From IMG/VR virus record IMGVR_UViG_3300029843_000306: a stretch of 18,144 nucleotides of DNA. The stretch is one strand, 5' to 3'. Both the position numbers and the translations under genes were made by a program. Positions 1 through 9,999 of the stretch are shown in pieces. The number at the start of each line of letters is the position of its first letter. Within the stretch, counting starts at the first letter, position 1. This DNA comes from a virus. Its lineage: Duplodnaviria; Heunggongvirae; Uroviricota; Caudoviricetes. The notes beneath the pieces are model-generated. The model saw only the letters and a list, made by a program, of their open reading frames with translations. It ran no database searches and was not told the origin of the DNA.

Positions 1-234
1 ATGAAATCAAAAGACACCCTAAAGTGGTTCCCTGCGCAGCTTCCTGAAGTAAGAATTATCCTAGGGGATGCTGTAGTGGAAGTAGCAAAACAGGGAAGAC
101 CTATCAATACCAGAACATTGCTTGATTACATTGAAGGAAACATAAAGAAAAAATCATGGCTGGATAACAAAGAATTATTACAAACAGCGATATCAGTTCT
201 TAAAGACAACCAAAATTTAAATGGTAAAATGTAA
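1..234 (+). CDS. ydfK: Small prophage protein of the YdfK/YnaE family (cold-shock inducible in K-12)
   Basis: 77-aa ORF from the ATG at position 1; sequence recognised from memory as the YdfK/YnaE paralog family; lies next to pin as in Qin and Rac. Confidence 0.75.
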   Translation: MKSKDTLKWFPAQLPEVRIILGDAVVEVAKQGRPINTRTLLDYIEGNIKKKSWLDNKELLQTAISVLKDNQNLNGKM

Positions 235-550
235 TATAATAAACTTACTTTTTTATCATTTTTCCACTTTAACAACATTTTGCTCCACTTTTCCACGACC
301 AAACAACTTGAAATCTGGTTAAAATAACACGCAACACTATTCTTCTTCCTTGAGTCCGCCCGGAACTCGAAAAACAAACCGAGTTAAAGCCATTTTTCAC
401 AAAATCGATTTTGGGTCTCACCAAAATTACGGGGTTGCATACGCATTCGTTTATTTTCGAACGTGTACATACAAATATGCACAAAAATAATCATAATTAT
501 TTTCTGAGATGCATTATGATATGAACACCAATTTCGTATAGAGTCTCACT

Positions 551-1141
551 ATGTCTCAAATTTTTGCTTACTGTCGGATATCAACGCTGGATCAGACCAC
601 CGAAAATCAACGCCGGGAAATCGAAAGTGCAGGTTTTAAAATCAAACCTCAGCAAATAATCGAAGAACACATTAGCGGCTCAGCAGCAACCAGTGAGCGT
701 CCTGGTTTTAACCGGTTGCTTGCTCGCCTGAAATGTGGTGATCAATTGATTGTGACAAAACTGGATCGCCTTGGTTGTAATGCAATGGATATCAGGAAAA
801 CAGTGGAACAACTGACCGAAACAGGTATCAGAGTGCATTGCTTAGCATTGGGGGGCATTGACCTGACCAGTCCAACAGGAAAAATGATGATGCAAGTAAT
901 TTCAGCAGTCGCTGAATTTGAACGAGACCTTTTACTTGAACGCACTCATTCCGGGATAGTAAGAGCCCGCGGCGCAGGGAAACGTTTTGGTCGACCACCT
1001 GTGTTAAATGAAGAACAGAAACAGGCGGTATTCGAACGAATTAAGTCAGGTGTAAGTATAAGTGCCATTGCCCGGGAATTCAAAACCTCGCGGCAAACCA
1101 TTTTAAGAGCCAAAGCAAAACTTCAGACACCTGACATATAA
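551..1141 (+). CDS. pinQ: Pin-type serine recombinase (DNA invertase, Hin/Gin/Cin/Pin family)
   Basis: 196 aa; N-terminal catalytic-serine motif ([10 protein letters not shown]) and C-terminal HTH ([17 protein letters not shown]); adjacent to tfa/stf as for pinQ/pinR/pinE. Confidence 0.93.
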   Translation: MSQIFAYCRISTLDQTTENQRREIESAGFKIKPQQIIEEHISGSAATSERPGFNRLLARLKCGDQLIVTKLDRLGCNAMDIRKTVEQLTETGIRVHCLALGGIDLTSPTGKMMMQVISAVAEFERDLLLERTHSGIVRARGAGKRFGRPPVLNEEQKQAVFERIKSGVSISAIAREFKTSRQTILRAKAKLQTPDI

Positions 1142-1238
1142 AAAATAATCTCGGTGTGAGATGCTTTACGTCTTCCAAGCCCCCTTCCTTGCCGTAAATG
1201 GAAAGATACATCTAATTATAGAATTTATATGTTTTACC

Positions 1239-1814
1239 CTACGGCAGTGCTGGCCATTCAATATCCTGTGCAGTTGACGTATCAACACGGTTCAGCAATA
1301 CCCGATACTTTTTCCATGCTTCCAGCAACGAGATTTCTTCCTCCGTTGCAATTTCCAGATCTGCAGCATCCTGAAGCGGCGCAATATGCTCACTGGCTAC
1401 CTGCATCAGGTTGTTTTTTGTTTCTTCCGCCTCCCGGATCCGGAACAGTTTTTCTGCTTCCGTATCCTTCACCCAGGCTGTGCCGTTCCACTTCTGAAAC
1501 TCCCCTTCCGGCGATAACCAGGTAACATTTTCCGGTAACGGACCGAGTTCAGAAATAAATAACGCGTCGCCGGAAGCCACGTCATAAACCGTTTTACCCC
1601 GATGATCTTCAACGAGATGCCACGATGACTCATCACTGTTGAAAACAGCCACGAAGCCAGCCGGAATATCTGGCGGTGCAATATCGGTACTGTTTGCTGG
1701 CAGACCTGTATGAGGCGGAATATATGCATCACCTTCACCAATAAATTCATTAGTTCCGGCCAGCAGATTATAAATTTTTATGGTCCGTGGTTGTTCACTC
1801 ATTCTGAATGCCAT
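1239..1814 (-). CDS. tfaQ: Tail fibre assembly protein (Tfa)
   Basis: 191 aa; sequence recognised as lambdoid Tfa; its ATG overlaps the stf stop (TAATG) at 1812-1816, the usual stf-tfa coupling. Confidence 0.9.
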
Positions 1815-2716
1815 TATGCAAGCCTCACAATATAGTTAAATGCGATGTTTTTGACGGTGTTTTCCGCGTTACCAGCAGCGTTAACGGTGATGGTGTGTCC
1901 ATGTGAACCAATCGCAACGGAGTGCGTATGAGCACCAATACCGACAGTATGTGCATGTGCGCCTGCGCTTGCAGCAGTGCCGGACAGCGAGTGGGTATGA
2001 GCACCATCTGATGATGTCTTCCCTGCATTACGAGTCTGGCCACTACCGCTTGTTGTGCTCATAATCCCCGCGCTTAGATTTGAAATCGCGGTATAACCAT
2101 TAGGGAAAATGCTCGTGTTCGTGCCACCAAATGCACCGGAACTCTTGTGTTGGTGCGCACCGGCACTATTTGCGGTCCCGCTAATACTATGGGTATGCGC
2201 CCCGGTGTTATTCGTGGATTTGGTTCCGTAATCAAACGACGATGTGGTTTTCGTCCCCAAATCCGTACTGGATGCGCTGGCGCTGTGGGTGTGCGATTTA
2301 ATGCCGTCCTGTTCCTGAGATAATACGGCCCGACCACTGGCGGGCTTGCCCTTAATCGTCCAGCCACGCATATCAGGGATCACGCCTGACGGATAAGCAA
2401 CTGCAAGTTTCGGGTATGCAGATTTGTCAAAAGTCTGCCCCTGCATCAGGGCATAACCAGACGGAACGGTATCTGATGGCCACGGGATTGGTGCACCGAC
2501 TGGATAAAACTCTGCAGGAGGATGAGCCGAGGTGTAAAGCTGCGCCCACGGCGACCAGTTTGCGTCGGTCGTATCCCGTCGTGAACAAATAAATGCCGGA
2601 GCATGAGCACCGCTTGTACCACTCCAGCCGATGAGTAACTCACCTTCGCCAACGGCTGTCATCCCTTTCAGGTGAATGATATTTCCATACGCTGTTGGAT
2701 ATCCGTTGTTATACAC
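1814..2716 (-). CDS. stfQ: Side tail fibre protein, C-terminal receptor-binding remnant (N-terminally truncated)
   Basis: 300-aa ORF with repeated G-A-H-T-H-S / H-x-H motifs typical of Stf C-termini; no ATG start (GTG at 2716), and in-frame Stf-like sequence continues upstream to a stop near 2777, so this is a fragment. Confidence 0.8.
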
Positions 2717-2726
2717 CTCGTATAAC

Positions 2727-3877
<1,151 letters not shown>

Positions 3878-3899
3878 TGTTCATTCCACGGCCAAAAAC

Positions 3900-4075
3900 A
3901 GAGAAAGGAAACGACAGAGGCCCAAAAGCTCGTTTTCAGCACCTGTCGTTTCCTTTCTTTTCAGGGGGTATTTTAAATAAAAACATTAAGTTACGACGAA
4001 GAAGAACGGAAATGCCTTAAACCGGAAAATTTTCATAAATAGCGAAAACCCGCGAGGTCGCCGCCCCGTAACCTG
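3900..4075 (-). other. cos site: cosN cohesive end (GGGCGGCGACCT, complement of 4055-4066) with the flanking cosB/cosQ-like region
   Basis: Minus-strand sequence ACGGGGCGGCGACCTCGCGGGTTTTCGCTATTTATGAAAATTTTCCGGTTTAAGGC… sits directly upstream of Nu1 and matches the lambda left end as I recall it. Confidence 0.8.
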
Positions 4076-4265
4076 TCGGATCGCCGGAAAGGACCCGCAA
4101 AATGATAATAATTATCATCTGCATGTCACAACGTGCATCTACGCCATCAAACCACGTCAAATAATCAATTATGACGCAGGTATCATATTAATTGATCTGC
4201 ATCAACTTAACGTAAAAACAACTTCAGACAATACAAATCAGCGACACTGAATACGGGGCAACCTC

Positions 4266-4499
4266 ATGTCAACGAAGAACAGAACCCGCAGAACAACAAC
4301 CCGCAACATCCGCTTTCCTAACCAAATGATTGAACAAATTAACATCGCTCTTGAGCAAAAAGGGTCCGGGAATTTCTCAGCCTGGGTCATTGAAGCCTGC
4401 CGCCGGAGACTGTGCTCAGAAAAAAGAGTTTCTTCTGAAGCAAACAAAGAAAAGAGTGACATTACTGAATTGCTCAGAAAACAGGTCAGACCAGATTGA
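4266..4499 (+). CDS. ynfO: Small putative ribbon-helix-helix DNA-binding protein
   Basis: 77 aa; N-terminal basic stretch, then a beta-strand/helix/GSG-turn/helix pattern (RNIRFPNQMIEQINIALEQKGSGNFSAWVIEACRRRL) typical of Arc/CopG folds; fold is inferred from sequence pattern. Confidence 0.65.
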   Translation: MSTKNRTRRTTTRNIRFPNQMIEQINIALEQKGSGNFSAWVIEACRRRLCSEKRVSSEANKEKSDITELLRKQVRPD

Positions 4500-4556
4500 A
4501 GCAATTTAGATAATCGTGCAGACTACGCCCCCTCATATCACATGGAAGGTTTATCT

Positions 4557-4967
4557 ATGGATCAGGTAGTCATTTTTAAACAAATATTTGATAAAGTTCG
4601 AAACGATTTAAACTATCAATGGTTTTATTCTGAGCTAAAACGTCACAATGTCTCACATTACATTTACTATTTAGCCACAGAGAATGTTCATATTGTATTA
4701 AAAAATGATAATACAGTGTTATTAAAGGGCCTAAAAAACATTGTGTCTGTCAAATTTTCAAAGGATAGGCATCTTATAGAAACGACCTCTAATAAGCTGA
4801 AATCCAGAGAGATCACATTTCAGGAATACAGAAGAAACCTTGCTAAAGCAGGAGTTTTTCGGTGGGTTACAAATATCCACGAACAAAAAAGATATTACTA
4901 TACCTTTGATAATTCATTACTATTTACTGAAAGCATCCAGAAAACTACACAGATCTTACCACGCTAA
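4557..4967 (+). CDS. ydfO: DUF1398-family prophage protein
   Basis: 136 aa from the ATG at 4557 (GGAAGG Shine-Dalgarno upstream); sequence recognised as YdfO; the track ORF starts 5 codons earlier. Confidence 0.8.
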
Positions 4968-4975
4968 ACCATAAC

Positions 4976-5015
4976 GTCCGGCTTCTCTCACTCCTGAGCC
5001 GGACTGCATTGGTTT
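4976..5015 (+). terminator. Candidate hairpin terminator after ydfO
   Basis: 8-bp stem GTCCGGCT (4976-4983) / AGCCGGAC (4997-5004) followed by a moderately T-rich tract. Confidence 0.35.
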
Positions 5016-5118
5016 AATAAAAACCATCAACAATTGTGATTTAGATATTCGGAACCATTCAAATATAACAAAACCCCGTAAAAACGAGGTTTATGGATAA
5101 ATTTTATTATTGAATACA

Positions 5119-5292
5119 TCAGATTAAATTAATCTTGACATCATAGCTTTCAAGACCCGTCATTTTTTCCCGTGCGGTAAACTGAATACTGGTAACTTCT
5201 TTCCCGGTCTTTTTCTTAAGTTCAATAATTTTTTTTGTTATATATTCAGAAATATCTGCTTCTGCTTTTGTTTTTAAGTTTTCAATATTCAT
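5119..5292 (-). CDS. gnsB: GnsA/GnsB-family small protein
   Basis: 57-codon ORF absent from the track (under 60 aa), translated by hand: MNIENLKTKAEADISEYITKKIIELKKKTGKEVTSIQFTAREKMTGLESYDVKINLI; AGGA Shine-Dalgarno before the ATG at 5292; Gns-like C-terminus. Confidence 0.7.
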   Translation of the reverse strand: MNIENLKTKAEADISEYITKKIIELKKKTGKEVTSIQFTAREKMTGLESYDVKINLI

Positions 5293-5463
5293 CATTTCCT
5301 CTTTTAGTCTGTTATGACTTTCCAGTTACACAGTAAGTCGATTATATGGTGCAAACGTGTAAAAGATAAGATGAAACATCGCAATAATCAACATACGATA
5401 GTCTAAATTTTACACAAACAGACAAAGAGAATTTTCCTGAATTATCAATGCAATAGCATCAAA

Positions 5464-5619
5464 TCAACTCAAGAGCCTTATTGCTGCTTCCAGAATTTCT
5501 TCTGAAGTAACATGTCGATCCGCGGCTACATAAATGACTTTATGATCTCCGGTCAGAGATGGAAACCCTGCGGCCATTACAGTAAGGTGTGTTTTTTCGC
5601 CATTTGGATATTCACGCAT
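5464..5619 (-). CDS. ynfN: Small prophage protein at the K-12 ynfN position (51 aa; possible N-terminal extension to ATG 5694)
   Basis: ORF 5464..5736 in the track; the 51-aa version from ATG 5619 matches the K-12 YnfN length and position (between gnsB and cspI); start choice uncertain. Confidence 0.5.
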   Translation of the reverse strand: MREYPNGEKTHLTVMAAGFPSLTGDHKVIYVAADRHVTSEEILEAAIRLLS

Positions 5620-5740
5620 GATGGTGTTAACTCCAGTCATCGCTGGCACTACCACTGCTGGTTCAGAGTTAAAAAAAACTATGATTTTTTTCATGATGTT
5701 ACCGTAGTATGTGAGTATCCATCGAATAGACACCAAGCAA

Positions 5741-5766
5741 AAAAGCTCCCGAAGGAGCCTTCATTT
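5741..5766 (-). terminator. Rho-independent terminator (UUCG-loop hairpin plus U-tract)
   Basis: Minus strand reads GCUCC-UUCG-GGAGC followed by UUUUUUGC; downstream of cspI and upstream of ynfN. Confidence 0.6.
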
Positions 5767-5965
5767 TCACTTTTTTAAATCCAACGACAGACGGCTGGCA
5801 TTTAAGTATTGTGAAATATTATCAAATGTAATCATCATTGATTTACAAAAGATACATTTTGCCCCGAAAGGATTCATGTCAGAAACATCAAAAGATGATG
5901 TTCTATACTGGGAACCATGACAACACGGGCATCTAAAGTGAATATGGTTTGTAATATTGTCTACC

Positions 5966-6178
5966 TCAAAGCGCCACTACATGAACAGCGGCAGGACCTT
6001 TAGGTCCGTTCTCAATACCAAATTCAACTTCCTGATTCTCAGTTAATGTTTTGAAATCGTTGCTCTGAATTGCTGAGAAATGGACAAACACATCTTTGCT
6101 GCCATCTTTCGGCGTGATGAAACCAAAACCTTTTTCAGGGTTAAACCATTTCACTAAACCAGTCATTTTGTTAGACAT
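5966..6178 (-). CDS. cspI: Cold-shock protein, CspA family
   Basis: 70 aa; RNP1/RNP2 motifs (KGFGFI, VFVHF); sequence recognised as CspI; long AT-rich 5' leader ending AAAGGTAATAATTATG. Confidence 0.9.
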   Translation of the reverse strand: MSNKMTGLVKWFNPEKGFGFITPKDGSKDVFVHFSAIQSNDFKTLTENQEVEFGIENGPKGPAAVHVVAL

Positions 6179-6540
6179 AATTATTACCTTTTGAAGAAAT
6201 TAGCCCTTGGGCAGAATGGTCCGAAAAAAAATATCAGAGAGAAAAACCAACAAGGAAATCTCAAGAGGTACAAATAATAAAATTATAACAATGACTGCTT
6301 CAGATAAATTTGTAACAAACCAGAACACCATTAACGCATGATTAACCACCCATAGCAAGGATTACTTTTGTAAAGAAAAACACAGCAATGAAAGAATAGC
6401 TTTATTTATTAATAAAACGTGTCATTCTGATTAAGACCTTTTATCTTACCCTTAAGATTTCAGGAATTTTGGCTCATGGAAGAGTCCTTTTTATTTAAAT
6501 TTTACATTCCGCGATGTAAATGTTCCGATTTAATATTACC

Positions 6541-7564
<1,024 letters not shown>

Positions 7565-7568
<4 letters not shown>

Positions 7569-7876
7569 AGATATTTATGATGAGGACGCTCGTGCTTATT
7601 GGCAGGATTTTCAATCTTAAAGGAGTACTGATGCTGCAGATAAGACTCAACTTTTTCTGACAATTTTTCTGCTACTTCCAGGAAGACTTGCCGGACGCTC
7701 CTTCTGGCTGCTGCCTCATAAAACTCCAGCGCAGCTCCTTCAACACGGTCCATGGCGACATCCAGGTCAAAAATTTCACCGTCAAAGCGTTCTTTGTCCT
7801 GTAAGGCTACAGTTACCGTAACTTTATTCTCAAAATTACGGACTCCTTTCACAACCAGTTCATAGTCTTGAGTCAT
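7565..7876 (-). CDS. ydfR: Prophage protein YdfR (DUF1327) inserted between holin and endolysin
   Basis: 103 aa; sequence recognised as YdfR; stop overlaps the rrrQ start. Confidence 0.75.
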
Positions 7877-7880
7877 TGGA

Positions 7881-8096
7881 TTACTCTCCTCTCGCAGCCT
7901 TACGCCTGTCTTCTTTAATCTTGAAATAAAGATTTGTCAGATACGTCAGCAGGCCAAAAACCAGGCTACCCAGCACACCGATTGCAGCCCACTGTGACGG
8001 AGTTACTTTATCGAGTAACTGCAATGCCCAGAAACCAGCATTACCCGCCGATGTGCCATAGGCAACACCTGTTGTTAACTTATCCATTGATTTCAT
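7881..8096 (-). CDS. essQ: Class II holin (phage 21 S-like pinholin) with dual-start motif
   Basis: 71 aa from ATG 8096 (GGTGAGGA Shine-Dalgarno upstream); begins M-K-S-M, giving Met1/Met4 starts as in S21; two TM segments; the 96-aa track ORF from 8171 is rejected as the start. Confidence 0.85.
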   Translation of the reverse strand: MKSMDKLTTGVAYGTSAGNAGFWALQLLDKVTPSQWAAIGVLGSLVFGLLTYLTNLYFKIKEDRRKAARGE

Positions 8097-8315
8097 ATCC
8101 TCACCCCGATGTACACGGATGGTGCAATATGTTTGAAAAGATCGGAGTCTACGGGGTAGTTTTGACAGCACACGTTGTTCTCAACGGCGCTAAAAAAACA
8201 TACACATTAAAAATGTGGGTAATTATTTTGAAAGAAAGTCATATATAAAATAATAATACGAGAAATGTTTTCATATTTAGTGTACTGTATACGGCCATTT
8301 ATACAGGAAAAGCCT

Positions 8316-8486
8316 ATGTCAGAACGTAAAAACTCAAAATCACGCCGTAATTATCTCGTTAAATGTTCCTGCCCAAACTGCACCCAAGAGTCAGAACACA
8401 GTTTTTCAAGAGTACAAAAAGGTGCCCTTTTGATCTGCCCTCATTGCAACAAAGTATTCCAGACAAATCTTAAAGCTGTAGCCTGA
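8316..8486 (+). CDS. ynfU: Small zinc-ribbon-like protein (two CxxC pairs)
   Basis: 56 aa from ATG 8316 (AGGAAAAG upstream); CSCPNC…CPHC motifs; track ORF 8265..8486 has an implausible N-terminal extension. Confidence 0.65.
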   Translation: MSERKNSKSRRNYLVKCSCPNCTQESEHSFSRVQKGALLICPHCNKVFQTNLKAVA

Positions 8487-8545
8487 TTGATTTTATTAGT
8501 AACAAGTATTTTTTATATTTTAATAATATATTTAAAGCAGATAAT

Positions 8546-8570
8546 AAAAAACCCGCCTGAGCGGGTTTGA
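8546..8570 (-). terminator. Rho-independent terminator between cspB and the lysis genes
   Basis: Minus strand reads AAACCCGC-UCAG-GCGGGUUU followed by UUUUUUAUUAU. Confidence 0.7.
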
Positions 8571-8849
8571 GATTGTGGTGCTTTTTGTGGGAGTCATCCA
8601 CTTACGCACTTTGTTTTGCCATGCCAGCAGTTAGCTTCTGCTGTAAAACTATTCATGCAGCAAACCTGCACTTCACCACAATGGTTAGCATACTTTTCCT
8701 GATTAAGATTTTGCCAAATATGCTAGCCATTGTTTCATGTATTGGACCTCCTTACTTTTTATTAAAGAGATCCAATATTCACTACTCTGTCCGTATCTCT
8801 ACTCAGGCATCAGCCTTCTTCGTTATCGTATACAGACGAGCGATGAATT

Positions 8850-9065
8850 TTAATCAGTAATGATGACATTTGCTGCTGCAGGACCTTTAGCACCACTCTC
8901 TATAGAGAAGGTAACCTTTTGACCTTCAAATAAGGTTCGATAATTATCATTCTGAATCGCAGAAAAATGCACAAACACATCTTTACTACCATCAACAGGA
9001 GAAATAAAGCCGAAACCTTTATCAGCGTTAAACCATTTTACTAAACCAGTCATTTTATTTGACAT
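8850..9065 (-). CDS. cspB: Cold-shock protein, CspA family
   Basis: 71 aa; sequence recognised as CspB; RNP motifs present. Confidence 0.9.
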   Translation of the reverse strand: MSNKMTGLVKWFNADKGFGFISPVDGSKDVFVHFSAIQNDNYRTLFEGQKVTFSIESGAKGPAAANVIITD

Positions 9066-9365
9066 TCTACATTCCTTAACTTGAGCCTTTCGGCATAAAT
9101 GGTTTGCATAACAGAAACGACTTCGTACTTAATTGGAGAGACTCAAAGAAGGAATAAGTGAATAACACCTGAAATGAGAACTGCTTTAGTAAACTACTTC
9201 GTATATCGTCTGTTCTTCAAACCGACGCAATCATTAACGCATAGTTGAACATATGAAGCAATGTTTATTTTAGACATCCAGCCATCTTCAACCCCATCAA
9301 AAAACTATAGCTTTCTTCAGGAACGTGTGTATAGTGCGCCAAGTTATCAGTATTAAGGAATTTTT

Positions 9366-9578
9366 TTGTCCCGTAAAATGACAGGAATTGTCAAAACCTT
9401 TGACGGCAAAAGCGGCAAGGGTCTTATCACCCCATCCGATGGTCGTATCGATGTCCAGCTTCATGTTTCAGCGCTCAATCTCCGCGATGCAGAAGAAATT
9501 ACCACCGGATTACGCGTGGAATTTTGCCGGATAAATGGTCTGCGTGGCCCTTCAGCTGCCAATGTTTACCTTTCATGA
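9366..9578 (+). CDS. cspF: Cold-shock-domain protein, divergent CspA-family member
   Basis: 70 aa; divergent from cspB; degenerate RNP1 (KSGKGLI); sequence recognised as CspF. Confidence 0.85.
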
Positions 9579-9632
9579 GCTATATTAAAGCTTTAATTTC
9601 AGGCCCCATCGGATCACACATGGAGAGTTTTT

Positions 9633-9722
9633 ATGAATAACCCCGTCTGTCTTGATGACTGGTTGATTGGCTTTAAAAGCTTATGCTGTACTTTGGCCGT
9701 AATAGCTCTGCTAATAATATAA
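9633..9722 (+). CDS. Candidate 29-aa hydrophobic small protein ([29 protein letters not shown])
   Basis: ATG at 9633 preceded by GGAGAG at about 7 nt; absent from the ORF track (too short); single predicted TM-like segment; no homology evidence. Confidence 0.3.
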
Positions 9723-9867
9723 TAAGCAGACTCATTGTGTTTAGGGACATTGTACTGGAAGAAAACATTTTAAACATCAGGCAAATAACCAAGTCACCAG
9801 CTAAATAATAAGTTAACAGACATGAGTCCCGGGATGAGATTCAACATTACCATTGCCCCATTTAAAG

Positions 9868-9900
9868 CACAAAACCCGCTCATCAGCGGGTTTTCTACTT
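9868..9900. terminator. Hairpin terminator, candidate tR' of the late operon (also usable as a cspF terminator on the + strand)
   Basis: AAACCCGCT-CATC-AGCGGGTTT (9872-9893) with T-rich flanks on both strands; lies about 40-60 nt downstream of the candidate late promoter. Confidence 0.5.
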
Positions 9901-9934
9901 TTTCTTAACGTCGGGTATACAAAGCCCATCGTTG

Positions 9935-9970
9935 AAAAAATTTTATCCATATTTTTTGAAAAATGCAAAC
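9935..9970 (-). promoter_or_regulatory. Candidate late promoter pR' (sigma-70) just downstream of Q
   Basis: Minus strand -35 TTGCAT (complement of 9963-9968), 17-nt spacer, -10 TAAAAT (complement of 9940-9945); position matches lambdoid pR'/qut. Confidence 0.5.
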
Positions 9971-9999
9971 ATCATGTCGCCATCTTCAGCAAAAATCAT

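Noticed and set aside
126-484. Two minus-strand ORFs (83 and 71 aa) in the ydfK-pinQ gap
   Set aside because: They overlap the 3' end of ydfK and AT-rich intergenic DNA, with no Shine-Dalgarno and low-complexity translations.
7881-8171. Longer 96-aa version of the holin ORF starting at 8171
   Set aside because: The internal ATG at 8096 has a GGTGAGGA Shine-Dalgarno and produces the canonical M-K-S-M dual-start holin; the upstream extension is basic and non-holin-like.
8567-8860. 97-aa plus-strand ORF downstream of cspB
   Set aside because: Begins inside the terminator hairpin, has no Shine-Dalgarno and an atypical composition; more likely cspB 3' untranslated or intergenic sequence.
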